Positions 40,622 to 55,040 are shown, counted from the stretch's first letter. The stretch: DNA of 64,000 nucleotides from Eledone cirrhosa (GCA_964016885.1 OZ024740.1:319858001-319922000), one strand, 5' to 3'. Translations and numbers: made by a program. The notes: generated by a model not told the origin, from the sequence alone.

Positions 40622-41206
40622 CTATTTTCCATCTTCAAAGGAACCAACAAATAAAATGTGGATCAGGGTAAAATATAACTGTAGAAAGGGTGATAAAACA
40701 ATAGTAGGGCTAATAAAAACTAAAACCTGAAACACAATTAGGTTTTACAATTAGGGTATTACAGAATGTGATGGAAACCCTCTAATATTGCCAATACCTG
40801 ACAACAATGAAACAAAACCAAAGAGGAAGTGGGTAAAGCATACAGACGATAATTGGCTGAAAAGCTCAGGACTGAAATGTGATACTGCAGGGTGGCAGAA
40901 TCGGTAGAGCATGGGACAAAATGTCTTGAAGTATTTAGTTACAAGTTTCTAATTTCTATGTTTAGTTACAACTTTCTGAAATTCAAACACCAACGAGGTC
41001 ATCTTTACTTTTCACCCTTCTGGTGTCGAAAAAATAAAGTACCAGTCACAAACTGGAGTCAATGTAATCAAATTTCTCCTTCCTCCCCACCAATTGCTGG
41101 CATTGTTTCTAAACGAAAAAACATTATTGCAGCATAAGCCCAGAAACCTTCTCAACTGAAACTAACAAAAATGTATAATGAAGCGGAATACAAAGAGTAA
41201 AAAAAA

Positions 41207-41273
<67 letters not shown>

Positions 41274-41657
41274 AATATATATGTGTGTGTGTGTGTGTTA
41301 TATATATACATATATGTATGTATATATATAAATATATATATATATTTATCTATGTATATGTGTATTTGTATATATATATTCTATTTTTTTTGTTCAAATA
41401 TCTGAGTTAGTTGATCTTCACAATCAACTAATTATGATATAGTCATGCATAAGCACTCCACGTCTACAGTGTCCATATAAGTAAGACCTGGTATTACATG
41501 TATGGTATTCGATGAAGTATTGTTGTTATCAATAATATGCTTTAATAACATAATATATATACACAACACATAAACATACATGCAAACGTATATATATATA
41601 CATATATTTGAGTGTCTGTGTGTGTATGTGTATATATGTGTGTGTGTGTATGAGTGT

Positions 41658-41772
<115 letters not shown>

Positions 41773-42158
41773 CTTCTGCTTCAGTATTTTATAATATAAA
41801 CTTAAATTATATGTTTACAAGTACTTCATAAGGCAACCAAAGTGTAAAAAAACATTTTTAAGAGTCTAGCGACGTATGTGTTGAATGTTGATGGACCGCA
41901 GTACGGATGATACGAAAGTGTCATTGAACCACTTAAATTATGAATTTAGTACTTTACTGGATAAACCGATAGTATTTATCTCCTGTATTGCACGAGGATT
42001 GGAAACATGACTGTAACTACTCGGCTAATTGGCGGAATCGTTAGATCGTCGGATAGAATGCGTTACGGTATTCCTACCGACTTTCTGGAATTCTAAGAAT
42101 TTCATTCTATTCAACGCTTAGATAGTATATTTTCAAAATGTTACACATATATATGTTA

Positions 42159-42526
42159 CAAGTCCGGAAGGCGTCTTTCGCTGTTTGCTGATTTGAATAT
42201 CAAATCAGCAAACAGCGAAAGACGCCTTCCGGACTTGTCCGACAGACAACCTTTTCCCCCACCCCGGAAAAAACCCCAGTTGATGGATGTGAATCCGAAA
42301 TATATAGGGACTTTTAAATCTCTCCCAAGGTAACTCTCTCTTGTGTTGTTATTATTATTTTTATCCTTTTACTCTCCCCTTCATTCTACACATCTCACAC
42401 ATCTTATAAACACCCCGCATCTCAACGTACACCCACTTACATCTCTCTCTCCACCACCGGAACTTGTTACCCGGAGAGTTACCCATTTGCATTGTCGAGG
42501 CTTCCAAACGACTTATAGATATTTAC

Positions 42527-42530
<4 letters not shown>
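42159..42530 (+). mobile_element. Fold-back (TA)n-associated element (partial second copy at 60230-60465)
   Basis: Perfect inverted repeat of about 39 bp at 42159-42238; degenerate HHR-like ggat(gtga)atcc-GAAA-tat-ATA-ggg at about 42275-42310. Confidence 0.55.
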
Positions 42531-42606
<76 letters not shown>

Positions 42607-42632
42607 AAAGAGGTGTAACACACGAGTTGTGA

Positions 42633-43011
42633 TATATTAGTAAAAGGAAAAGAAAATGCTGACAAATTGTTCCCAGTGAAAAATAGTTTAATTAGGAATA
42701 AGTATAAATTAGTAATAAGTATTGGTTAGTAGTCAGTTTTAGTTTTAAGTTTTTACCGGTTGCGCATTTCTAATGCTTTTCAAAAATAATGTTTGCTCTA
42801 ATTAGAGCGCTCGTGATGTTTGATCTAATTAGAGCAAACATCACGGGCGCTCTATCTCAAAATTATTTTTGAAAAGCATTAGAAATGCGCAACCGGTAAA
42901 ACCTTAAAACTAAAACAGAAAACTAACCAATACTTATTACTAATTTTTACTTATTCCTAACTAAACTATTTTTCACTGGGAACAATTTGTCAGCATTTTC
43001 TTTTCCTTTTA

Positions 43012-43017
<6 letters not shown>
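42633..43017. repeat. Long imperfect palindrome with nested central hairpins, between (TA)n tracts
   Basis: Arms of about 155 bp (42633-42790 and 42862-43017). Confidence 0.9.
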
Positions 43018-43098
<81 letters not shown>

Positions 43099-43099
43099 A

Positions 43100-43860
43100 G
43101 GAGGTTATAGTTCACTTGAAGCATTGTGTAATGAGGTATAAACGTTTGTATATGTATAATAAAGCCAAAACAATGCAGGTATGGACATAGAATAAAGAAT
43201 GCAAATGCAAAAGATATTGTTGACAATTAGTCTTTTACCTTAGATTTATTTAAATGTCCTAAATTTTCGAGATAATATCTCTTCTTCAGAGGGAAGTAAA
43301 GCTGTCAAACCAGTGTTCTAAATAGCTTGCCAAGTCATGCTGACAGGAAATGGTATAGAGTATCTGTTCTATCTCTAATGTCAAAGAGTTAAGATTAGGT
43401 GGATAAAGAGTAGTCTCCCTTTAAGAGGGGTTTGTTTTTGTTTGTTTTTTTTTGGTATTTTTATACATGCCTGTTTAAGTGTGTGGGAGAATGCATGAAG
43501 GTGTAAGTATGTGAGTGTGTGTGTGTGAGTGTGAGAAGATATGTCTATACGTAAATGTGGGGGATAGATGTTATCTCGTGTTAGAACTGGTTTTGTGTGT
43601 GTATGTGTGAGAGAGAATAAGTGGATGTGTAAGCGTGTGTGTGTGTGTGCGTGCGTGTGTGCGTGTGTGTGTGTGGGGTGTGTGTAAATATGGGGCTAGA
43701 AGCTCTATCAAGTTATAAATTGGGTGTTGAGTTCTGGTCTATTATTGATTGGTGGTTGTTTTTTGTCTATAATTAGTGCTTCCTTAATTCTAAGATTGCC
43801 GAGGTTTCTTTCCTTAGTTTCTATCCTAACTGTTATGGTTTTGTCGGTGTTTTTGCATTT
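43100..43860 (-). mobile_element. PLE 3' end: GIY-YIG C-terminus, UTR and hammerhead
   Basis: 43705-43857 minus reads [36 protein letters not shown]; HHR at 43258-43292: cct-CTGAAGA-a-gagat(att)atctc-GAAA-at-TT-agg. Confidence 0.8.
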
Positions 43861-43931
43861 ATATATATACATATACATATACATATATATATTATATATA
43901 TATATATATTATATGTATATATATATATATG

Positions 43932-44072
<141 letters not shown>

Positions 44073-44078
44073 ATGTAC

Positions 44079-44114
<36 letters not shown>

Positions 44115-44283
44115 TTAATTTGAGAGGTACAGAGTTCGATTCTCTGTAGTGTCTGGTGGTCATTTTTTCTGTCAATAGGGACATTTTGCTCAATTTTCTA
44201 AACTATTGTCTTTTGTTTTCTCTTATTCCGAACTATTCGTCGCATACCACCATGTGTTTGTTTTCTTCCCTCCGTTTTCCCAC

Positions 44284-44387
44284 TGTCCCGATAACTTAAT
44301 TGAGTTATCGCTCGCACTGATTTTAGGTATATAGTCTTTAATGCGCCGAAATACCAACGATAAATCAGAAGACTACTGAAGAGGACA
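44284..44387 (+). ncRNA. Rearranged (non-circularly permuted) hammerhead ribozyme, copy A
   Basis: tgtcc-hairpin-ctcgca-ctgattt-ta-ggtat-A-tagtctt-taa-tgcg-cc-GAAA-tacc-aacgat-aaatcag-aagacta-CTGAAGA-ggaca. Confidence 0.75.
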
Positions 44388-44675
44388 TTTTAACCCTTGT
44401 CTATTTTTATTCATATATATATATATATATCTGAACATCGAATGCTTTTACCCAAAAAGTAGAACTGGTCTACATCATTGGATGCAAAGGAAGTCGCAGG
44501 TTTTATGTTGGAGTGACATTCTCCTAGACAGGTGTCTTAATGAAGACTATAGGAGGTCTCTCACTCCACTGACCCTCTAAAAAATACATTATTGGATGGC
44601 CGTTGACTCTCCTGAGATCCTCCGCCCTTTGACAGGTTTTGTTTTTTATCTCGCAGGGTGTCCAAATCACTCTCC

Positions 44676-44791
<116 letters not shown>

Positions 44792-45209
44792 GTGAAAGAG
44801 TGAAGAATAACATGGTCAACAGTACAAAAAGGGTTTTATTTACAGTATTAACAATTGTTTCATTGATTAGGTTGTCTAAAAATTGTTTTTCCGATGATTT
44901 GATTGTATTTAAAATTGAGTGACACAACTTCAAGTGATTAGCAATTTTTAGACATCCTAATCAATGAAACAATTGTTAATACTGTAAATAAAACCCTTTT
45001 TGTACAGTTGACCATGTTATTCTTCACTCTTTCACTATTATTACTCCAAGATTAACTTGCATAGAAATCCCCGAGACTTCGCAACCTAACTAAGGAGACC
45101 TCTTGTTGAGTCAAACAACGCCGTACATTAAAACTATCCACAATACGGAGTATTCACAACCTCTAACTGGATTACCTATAACGGTAATTTGTTATCCTAT
45201 ATATATATA

Positions 45210-45257
<48 letters not shown>

Positions 45258-45269
45258 CATATATGTATA

Positions 45270-45353
<84 letters not shown>

Positions 45354-45402
45354 ATATATATATATATAGGATATATATATATATATAGGATATATATATA
45401 TA

Positions 45403-45437
<35 letters not shown>

Positions 45438-45469
45438 ATATATATATATATATAGGATATATATATATA

Positions 45470-45531
<62 letters not shown>

Positions 45532-45649
45532 GAGCGGAGCAAGCAATTATCAAACAATCTTAAACACCTACATATTTCTGTAGGTATCTAGTGCCTGTTG
45601 GAATATCCATACCCTTTTATATATATATATATGTGTGTGTGTGTGTGCA

Positions 45650-45849
<200 letters not shown>

Positions 45850-45869
45850 TGCAGTCATGATATTGTTGA

Positions 45870-46260
45870 CGGTTTTATATTGTGGACATTACGCTAGAAG
45901 TTTGCAATGCCGATGAAATGAGATGACACGTTTCAAAGAAAGCCAAATTGACTATCGTCTGGAGACATTGAGATTAAAGTAAATTGTTATTCTCAAAGAG
46001 AATCTGGAAAGGACATGTCTCTTAAATGATGTATCAATTCCAAAAAACTATAATATATCTCCTAAAATAATGTAGAAGCAATTCAAATATAAATATATAG
46101 AGATTGAGACAACCAGAATATGAGAATTGAAAACAAGTAATCCTTATGATAATAATAGATAACTTGAGAATGATAAGAACAATATTCAAATCTTATTTGT
46201 ATAACCAAACCTCCATTACTAACACAGTGGCACAATATACAGAACATATCCCTACATAAA
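45870..46260 (+). mobile_element. Decayed R4/Dong LINE restriction-like endonuclease region
   Basis: RTCLLNDVSIPKNYNISPK..FKYKYIEIETTRI*ELKT. Confidence 0.6.
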
Positions 46261-47066
46261 CATTATTAACAGAATTGATGGGATAGTGATGTCTTTGGTA
46301 GATTGACAGAATATAATTTGCTCTGTTATACAGTGAAGTAGGTATTATTGTTTTGACTTCATCAGTGGCGAAATGAATAGCTTACATTTGTCTTTCCTAG
46401 TTTCACAATACTTGTCAAAATATATTAATTACTTTTGACATTAAACTAGGCTAATTATCATAGACAAGATGTGCAATTTATTGCCATTTATTTATCTCGG
46501 AAAAATGATAAGTTAGGTTAATGTTTGTATGATATGAACACAAGTAAATGGCTTATGAAAGGCAAGATGACCTGATCAGACCAATGTTTTATTTACAATT
46601 TATAAATTACAGATACGACCAGCGAGTGAAATGACGCAGCTCAAACGTGACTTGAACGTCCCCAACAAAATTATCTTTCATAACTTTACAAATAATCTAT
46701 AGCATTCCCACGTTGATGAATTACTCAGTAATTTGGTTCGACAAAGCTAACCTGCTCTTGACACACTATCTGAGACAGAGCTTTCGATATAAGCAAAGCT
46801 ACACATTAAGAATAATTGTTTCTACTTTGGGCTCAAGGCCAGCAATTATTCCAGTGCATTACTGGTACTTTATTTTATCGACCCCGTAAGGATGAAAGGC
46901 AAAGTTAACCTCGGCAGGATTTGAACTGAGACCATATAGGGCTGTAACTCTTAGCTGCAAAGCATTGCGTCAAACCTTCTACCGATACTGCCAATCCACC
47001 GCCCACATTAAAAATAATAGGTGTACGATAGGTCGGCTAGAATTTGCAGGCGACATGAAACTATTT

Positions 47067-47280
47067 CATCATCATCATCATCATGGTCCCTTAACCCTTC
47101 TCAGGGTCGTTGAGACACTGAAGTGTTGAACGCTGCACCAGCTGTCTCCATCTCTGGCGGTTATAGGCGAGTGATTGCGTTATGGTAAAGTTCTTTCCTG
47201 TCCACTCAGCTATGTTGTCTGTCCACTGCTTCCTCTGTCCGCCCCGCCTTTTCTTTCCCTACACTTTTCCTTGAAGAATT
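47067..47280 (-). mobile_element. RTE LINE 3' fragment
   Basis: ILQGKV*GKKRRGGQRKQWTDNIAEWTG..NRQRWRQLV with a (TGA)n tail. Confidence 0.8.
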
Positions 47281-50200
47281 GATACTATTTAACTCCGACT
47301 TAATATTCTTACTGCAGATGTTAAGTGCCGCGGCTATAGATATAATATACAACGCTATTGAAGGTACATGGGTACATCCCTGGCATGTACGTGTCTTAAG
47401 CGAAATAACGATAACAAAAATTATTTAACAGGCGTTTACATAAAATGTACCATTTCGACATCCCTTTGTATAATAGAGTATGAAAACTACCACATGTTTG
47501 AGATAAGAGATATACGGTTATAATATAGATTTCTAGCTCTGGCACAAGGCCACATGCATTTAGAGGAAGGATATAGTCGATTGACTCGACTACACTATAT
47601 GGAAGAAAGGCAAATTAACCTCGACGGGATTTGAACTCAGAACCGAAATGTAGGTAACTTAATGCCAGAAGGCATTTTAATTAACATTACATCAACAATG
47701 GGTTGGCAGTGTAATAATTCAATATGGAACAAACAAAACAAAACATATTACGCAATGGAAGCTGTCTGTCAACTCAACTAATCTCTTATGTATAGGAGGG
47801 CGGACGAGACTTGATATATATAATTAAGTAAAAGAAAGATTAATGGTGGTATTATCATAGAGCCAGACGGCTTATTTATACCATATTACTACCAGACAAC
47901 GCACAAACATAACCATACAGCATATGAACATTACTACGCAACTCATAAACATTACTATACAATACTCACACAAAAACATACACTGCACAAACAATATCAT
48001 ACTAACATACAAATACCATCACAAATCATCAAGTCTCGATCTGTTAGAAAGAGTATCCGAATTTCCATCAAACCACACTTTACCACCTTGAAAAAGGGGA
48101 AGAACACATTATATAATAAAGTAATAGATACCCCTAATAAAGACAGGATTGTCCTAGTTGAAATGCCTTTACTAATAAGTCTGCTCTATCAGAGCTGAGC
48201 TCGGATATTTATAACAAAAGAACGGGGACGGTAAGAAGCAACACTATAACATATGATATCAAACTTTACAAGCAACATAGTAACATTATCACACAAGTCA
48301 TACATGTACTTTCACTCAACATTTAATTGCTACTACATAACTAGAGTGGTGGTGCGTAGCCTATTGATAAGGGTGTTGGACTGACGATCATAATGTTGTG
48401 GGTTCGATTCCTGAGCTGTGTTGCGTGTTGTGAACTTGAGCAAAACACTTCATTTCATATTGCTCCAGTATATTCAGCTGTAAATGAGTACCAGCAATAG
48501 CTGGGGTTTTAACGCTGCGATGGACTGGCGTCCTGTCCAGAGGGGAACTCTCAGTCGCTTTACACCATGAAACCGGAATAAGACCGGCCTAATGTGCCTT
48601 CTGGCTTAAGACAGACTACATAACCAAAGCCAGAAACATAGCAAGTGGTGGGGGAGGTAGCCAGTCGTAATGTAGATGCCACATAAAACTACGGAAATAT
48701 AAAAAAAATGACTCGCCGGTGGAAAAAAGTAACGTACCAACATTGCCATACTGCACCCTATAGGATACATTCATGTACGTCTGAGTGCATAACACCGTCT
48801 TTCACTGGACAAAGAGCCATAGTATGATGTGAATCAATGGATGCGTGTTCGTTATTCAAACATTTATCTACGAACTGTATGTCTATTAGAACAGCGCTAA
48901 CTTAGGGACGAATAACAACAAACTAAAAGGTGTACCCGCTTTAGTTTTCCAGTTACTATGATATTTTCTTTTGCCGTAACATCTGTGAACTCCATCACAG
49001 CCTGGATTACCCCCATCAACTGTTGTCAAATAACAACATTTGTATTCTCCTAGAGACATTAAACGAGAAGTATTCCTCTGTGTATCATCTACAATTCCTC
49101 AATACCCATTTCGATTTCCATTTGGACCTTAACACCAAAGACTTCAGATTATTAATCTTTTCGTTTACGAGTTCTTCAAACATCAATTGTTGTCTTCACA
49201 ACTCTTCTAATTAATAAAATCCATCAATAAACTTCCAACAATCTCTCAGTAATCGCAGTAATTATAGCCACTGCCTGACATCAACTTCCACTTCATCAAC
49301 ACTATCTGCATGACTTGAAATTTTCTATTATCAACAGTCTAAACTCGACAAGCTCTCGTTCAGTTTATATTTAGCAAGTTATAATTTTAAATCATGAGCA
49401 CTGCGTTTCTCTTCCAGTTGACCAATTGGTCGGATTTCCACTAATTTTAAGCTAACTGGCCATCACTGACTCAAGAAAGACAAGCCGTCTAATTACACGT
49501 CGTTCACATCCTTACTAGTGCACCCAGCATCCAACAATCTTTGAATAGTTAAACAATTGTGATAAACGAGGACCACATAAACATAGGAAAGAATCATAGC
49601 CTGACTATAAAAGAGTAATGCAGGGGCTGTGCTTTAATTTCAACTCTTCTTATTAATAACTGCATTGTTTCTTTCCAGGGAATCTGTTGAAAAATAAACC
49701 CCATTTGGTCATTCCATGATAGTATATTGGTCATAGGCTGACTATGAAATATTAATGTTAGAGCTGCGAAATCTTGCATGCATTAATTTCAACTCTTCTT
49801 ATCAATAACTGCATTGTTTATTTCCAGGAACTATGTTGAAAAATAAACCTCATTTGGTCATTCCATGAGAGTATCTTGGTCAGCCTATGAACTTTTCAGA
49901 CGACCCTCATAGATAGACAGATAAAAATAAACTCCATTTGGTCATTCCATGAGAGTATCTTGGTCAGCCTATGAACTTTTGAGCCGACCCTCATAGACAG
50001 ATAAAAATAGGCCCATTTCATCATTCCATGAGAATATCTTGGTCAGCCTATGAATGTTTCTGCCTATGAACTTTTCAGGCAACCTTTGTACATTATGAAA
50101 AGAAAAATTGTCAACTTCATTAAATGAAAAGTGTCGCTTACAAATATGTACGTCAGAGAAAAGTATCTTTTGCTGTTTGTGGAGTTATCTTCTCCTGAAT

Positions 50201-50377
50201 GAGGGTTCAAAAGACCACCACTCTACAAAGAGTAGATGTTTTACGTCACCATCTGGGAACTTGCAGTCTTCCCAGGAGGATTGCATACGGCATTTCTATT
50301 CTGCGTACAACATTAGTAATTTGATGCTAACATTCTCTCCAGCTCTATTACACATTTATCTTCACTCACTCCCTCTT

Positions 50378-50492
<115 letters not shown>

Positions 50493-50511
50493 GTGTATAT
50501 ATATATATATA

Positions 50512-51404
50512 CGAGGTGGGTCAGAAAAGTTCCAGGACTGATGTCACAAAAGATTCATTTCAAACCCAAACTTCACACTAAGAGTTTTCTCCTTCAAAGT
50601 AATCCCCCTGGAGTCTAATGCACTTTTCCATCCTTTTCTGCCACGCTTGCATGCACTCCTGGAAGGATTCTTCCGGGATCCTCCGCAGTTCCGTCGTCAC
50701 GGCCTTTTTTATGTCGTCCACGTCTTCAAAACGGGTCCCCTCCGGTTCGTACTCAAAGATCCATGACTCATCACCGGTGATGACTGTCCCTAGCAAGTCT
50801 GGTTCGGTTTCAAGACGCTCGAGGATGTCCTGACACAATTGCATGCGTCGACCCTTCTGGTCATCATTCAGCAGTTTTGGCACCATCTTCGCGCAGACTT
50901 TGCGCATGTCCAAATCTTCAGTGAGAATCTTCCAGACGCTGTCCCGATTCATGCCAAGCTCATTTGCCTTCAGTCGAACAGTCAGTCGACGATCGCTACG
51001 CACCATCTGCCTGACGCGCTCAACGTTGACCTCAGTGGTTGTTGAGGACCTTCCGCTCCTGGGGTCATCTTCCACATCCTCGCGTCCTTCTTTAAACCTC
51101 TTGCACCACTCAAAAACACGTGAACGTGACATCGTCTCATCTCCATACACTTGCTGCTGCAATCCCAGTGCTTCTGACGGAGTTCTCAACTTTGTTCGTT
51201 GCTCTGTGCTCATTGCTTGACGACCTGAAACAGAAGACATGTATATAAAATTATGCAGAAAAAAGTTTGATCGCTGCAGAGAGCTAAGATTACAGTTACA
51301 TATTCCAGGGGGATTACTTTGAAGGAGAAAACTCTTAGTGTGAAGTTCGGGTTTGAAATAAATGTTTTGTGACATCAGTCCTGGAACTTTTCTGACACAC
51401 CTCG
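50512..51404 (-). mobile_element. Mariner transposon, internally deleted, with inverted termini of about 100 bp
   Basis: TIR CGAGGTG(G/T)GTCAGAAAAGTTCCAGGACTG, TA flanks; ORF with VYGDETMSRSRVFEWCKRFKEGREDVEDDPRSGR, KMVPKLL, TGDESW and a GDYFEG C-terminus. Confidence 0.95.
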
Positions 51405-51503
51405 TATATATATAAACGTATATATACACATATATAAAATCATATATATATATATACATATATAGAGCACCAATACTAATACCATATATACACACACACA
51501 CGC

Positions 51504-51542
<39 letters not shown>

Positions 51543-51652
51543 AGCATCTATACAAATATACATGTATATACGTTTACATATATATATTTATGTGTGTATG
51601 TGTGTCTGTGTATTTATATATATCTTTTCCTCTCCCGTTCTCACTCACTCAG

Positions 51653-51689
<37 letters not shown>

Positions 51690-52633
51690 CTTTCTTTCTC
51701 TGACACACATACACACATCACATGGACATACTCATACACACAGACCAAGATATATACACAGAACAAGCCAATGACGAAGGGTCTAAGTGGACTCTTGACC
51801 TGCAAGAAATAGCAGCCAAATCATTCTCAAATCATATTCCATTAAAAGGAAATGTAAGAATATATAACGTGACATAGCGTAATATAGCGTAACATAGCGT
51901 AACATAGCGTAACGTGACACAATGTGACACAAGGTAACACACACAGCGTGACACGACGTCACACAGCGCGACACGGCATGACCCAAAAGTACAATCAATT
52001 CGACGGGTTTCAAAACAGAATCTGTCAACCCAATGTCATTCACAAAACATGGGTCGGCCCGAGATTGCTATAAATAACACCTACCTAAAGTTCCATACAA
52101 ATGGATCAAACTTGACACCCAATAATTACAAAACAAACTTCTTAACCATTCTGCCCTGCTGCGTTCACAGACAGTAAATACACAATAAACTCAACTCTCT
52201 AGCACAGTCCTCACTACACTATTTCTAAAGATGTCAAGTACAACAGTTTCAGTTAGAGATGTTCAACATGGCCTGATGTCATATTATCACCTTGAAATAG
52301 TGTGTATTGAGGTTGAGCCAATTGTTACAAAACTCTTCAATCTTTTCCTATCCAATTTCTTTACTTTACCTCTCAGTCGCTCTTTCTCTATATGTAATAT
52401 ATATATATATATATATAGGAACGAGTAGGACCCCGACGGCTGAGCTCAAGCCGTTTCGACGGCTAATTCCAGAATTAGCCGTCGAAACGGCTTGAGCTCA
52501 GCCGTCGGGGTCCTACTCGTTCCTATTACCCACTCTACTACCCTAAGTATTGAGTACTTTGGTGCGTTATGGTCCACCTGGTTCCTTACCACATTTCCTT
52601 CGTTATATATATATATATATGTATATATATATA

Positions 52634-52724
<91 letters not shown>

Positions 52725-52729
<5 letters not shown>

Positions 52730-53310
52730 GGAAAAGAATGAAACGAAATTTCATTTCTCACTCTTAGTACGGCTGATACTTAAATGTAAGTATGTATGTA
52801 TACGTACATACATATATGTATACAGACGTACAGTAGTATGTATATATACACATACATGCACACACATATATATATATATGTACGTATCGGTTTACTAAGA
52901 GTGAGAAATGAAATTTCGTTTCATTCTTTTCCATTTATCGTTTTCGGTGCGCCTGGCCGACTAACTCACTCGATATGCAAATTAGGCTGCTCAGCCGTTA
53001 ATATGCATAAGGAAAGTATATACTTTCAGACGTTCAATCATCTGGCAGAAAGGTATACGATGCTGACGATAACTAATAAACTTGAAACTAGTACATCGTT
53101 CCTGTGTCAGTGTTGAACAAAAAGGCTACGATGGTTGCCTGAACACTGTACGGCGTAATTCGGGTTGTTTGTTTACAAACAAACCGAACATTATAATAAA
53201 TGTTCTGTAAACCCATACGTACATATATATATATGTGTGAATGTATGTATATATATATACATACTACTGTACGTCTGTATACATATATGTATGTACGTAT
53301 ACATACTTAT
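52725..53310. mobile_element. Fold-back copy of the 35.7-kb HHR family; HHR at 53057-53099 (+)
   Basis: acgatg-CTGACGA-..-GAAAC-ta-GTA-catcgt; inversion at about 52895. Confidence 0.85.
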
Positions 53311-53332
53311 ATATATATATATATATATACAT

Positions 53333-53401
<69 letters not shown>

Positions 53402-53447
53402 AATAATGGAGCTGCGGTGCTGCAAATGGGTTACATATGAAAAAGTT

Positions 53448-53555
53448 TGTCCTCATCAGTGGCCATCCAACCGTCGTAGGCATTTCGTCGCATTAAAGGC
53501 CATATACCTCAGGTTGGTGCGAGCAACGGCTAAAAAAAAAAAAGTCGTTGGGACA
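53448..53555 (-). ncRNA. Rearranged hammerhead ribozyme, copy B
   Basis: tgtcc-hairpin-ctcgca-ccaacc-tg-aggtat-A-tggcc-tttaa-tgcga-c-GAAA-tgcct-acgac-ggttgg-at-ggcca-CTGATGA-ggaca. Confidence 0.78.
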
Positions 53556-53811
53556 CGTAAATAAAGGGGACGCTAGGGTAAACAAACAAAATGGTTTAAG
53601 CAGCAGAAAGTGATGAAGAAGGAAACAAGTCCCAGATTTCTATGAATATAAATTCGGTGGAATCGTGAACGAGAGAATAAAGACCATCAAACCTGGTTGA
53701 AATGTGAGCAAGGAAGGAATTTCGCACAGGTCTAACGGGAGGAAGAAGGGGTCTGGTCTGCGAATTCGGTAAATATAAGTTCTGTGAATATATATATATA
53801 TATATAAACAG

Positions 53812-53846
<35 letters not shown>

Positions 53847-53894
53847 TACATATATATATGCGCATATATATATATATATCATTCTCTTTCCTTC

Positions 53895-53956
<62 letters not shown>

Positions 53957-54100
53957 TACATATATATACATATATATATATATGCATATATACATATATA
54001 TATATATGTATATATATATATCAATCTCTTTCCTTCTAGATCTCACTCTCTCTCTCTCTCTCTCTTTCTCTCTCACACACACACACAAATATATAATATG

Positions 54101-54131
<31 letters not shown>

Positions 54132-54948
54132 ATGTATATATATATGTATATATATATATGTATATATTTCTCCCACCCCCACCCCACCTCTCACTCATAC
54201 AAACACACACCCGCCCGAGATAATGGAAGCATGTAACTGTGTCACATATCCCAAAAGAACATAATCCTCGTTGATCATGATAACCTTGTGTTAACTATGT
54301 CAATGACTTCATGTTAACCATTGTAAAGATAGATTTCTCACAACGCTCTTTATTGTTACTGAGACCTTTTAGTGAAAGCAAAATTATTCCTTTGATAATC
54401 GTAAACAAACTCTGCCGTTTATGAGAAACTTTTCTCGTAAACGAGCTCCTCTCTCCAATAACCAATTGAATTGAAATATTTCTAAAACATCACATGTACG
54501 TATGTATAGACTTTTAACTCCTGATGGAATCATAAGGGTGTCGTAGTGACATATGGCGGGTCATGAACATTTTAAAAACCTGGCGATATACATACGTTCG
54601 CCAGGTCTGAAATCAGTCTATTTCTGCCAGAGAATGAGAGAATTTGAAATAGAGGAAGTGAGAAAGAGATATAGAGGAAGAATCGACCCCAGTTCTGGAC
54701 TAGTGATTTATTTATTGACCGCAATAGAAGGAAAGGCAAAATTAACTTTGGCGGAATGTGAACTCACTTTTTGAACAGAGGCGGAACGAATACTATGGAA
54801 ACCTTTTTCACGCTCAGAGTTGCTGAAGCATGAAACAAACTACATACATCAGTTGTTACCTGTCGGGACACTGCATCCTTCAAAAGTTCCATGCTTCCCG
54901 AAATTCGCCAACACTACACCTGATATTCCCCTTTCATACACACGCACG

Positions 54949-55040
<92 letters not shown>

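Noticed and set aside
40298-40671. Poly-E / poly-R ORFs
   Set aside because: (GAA)n tail of an RTE LINE fragment
48780-49590. Decayed coding-like stretch
   Set aside because: No recognisable motif in any frame, so it cannot be assigned
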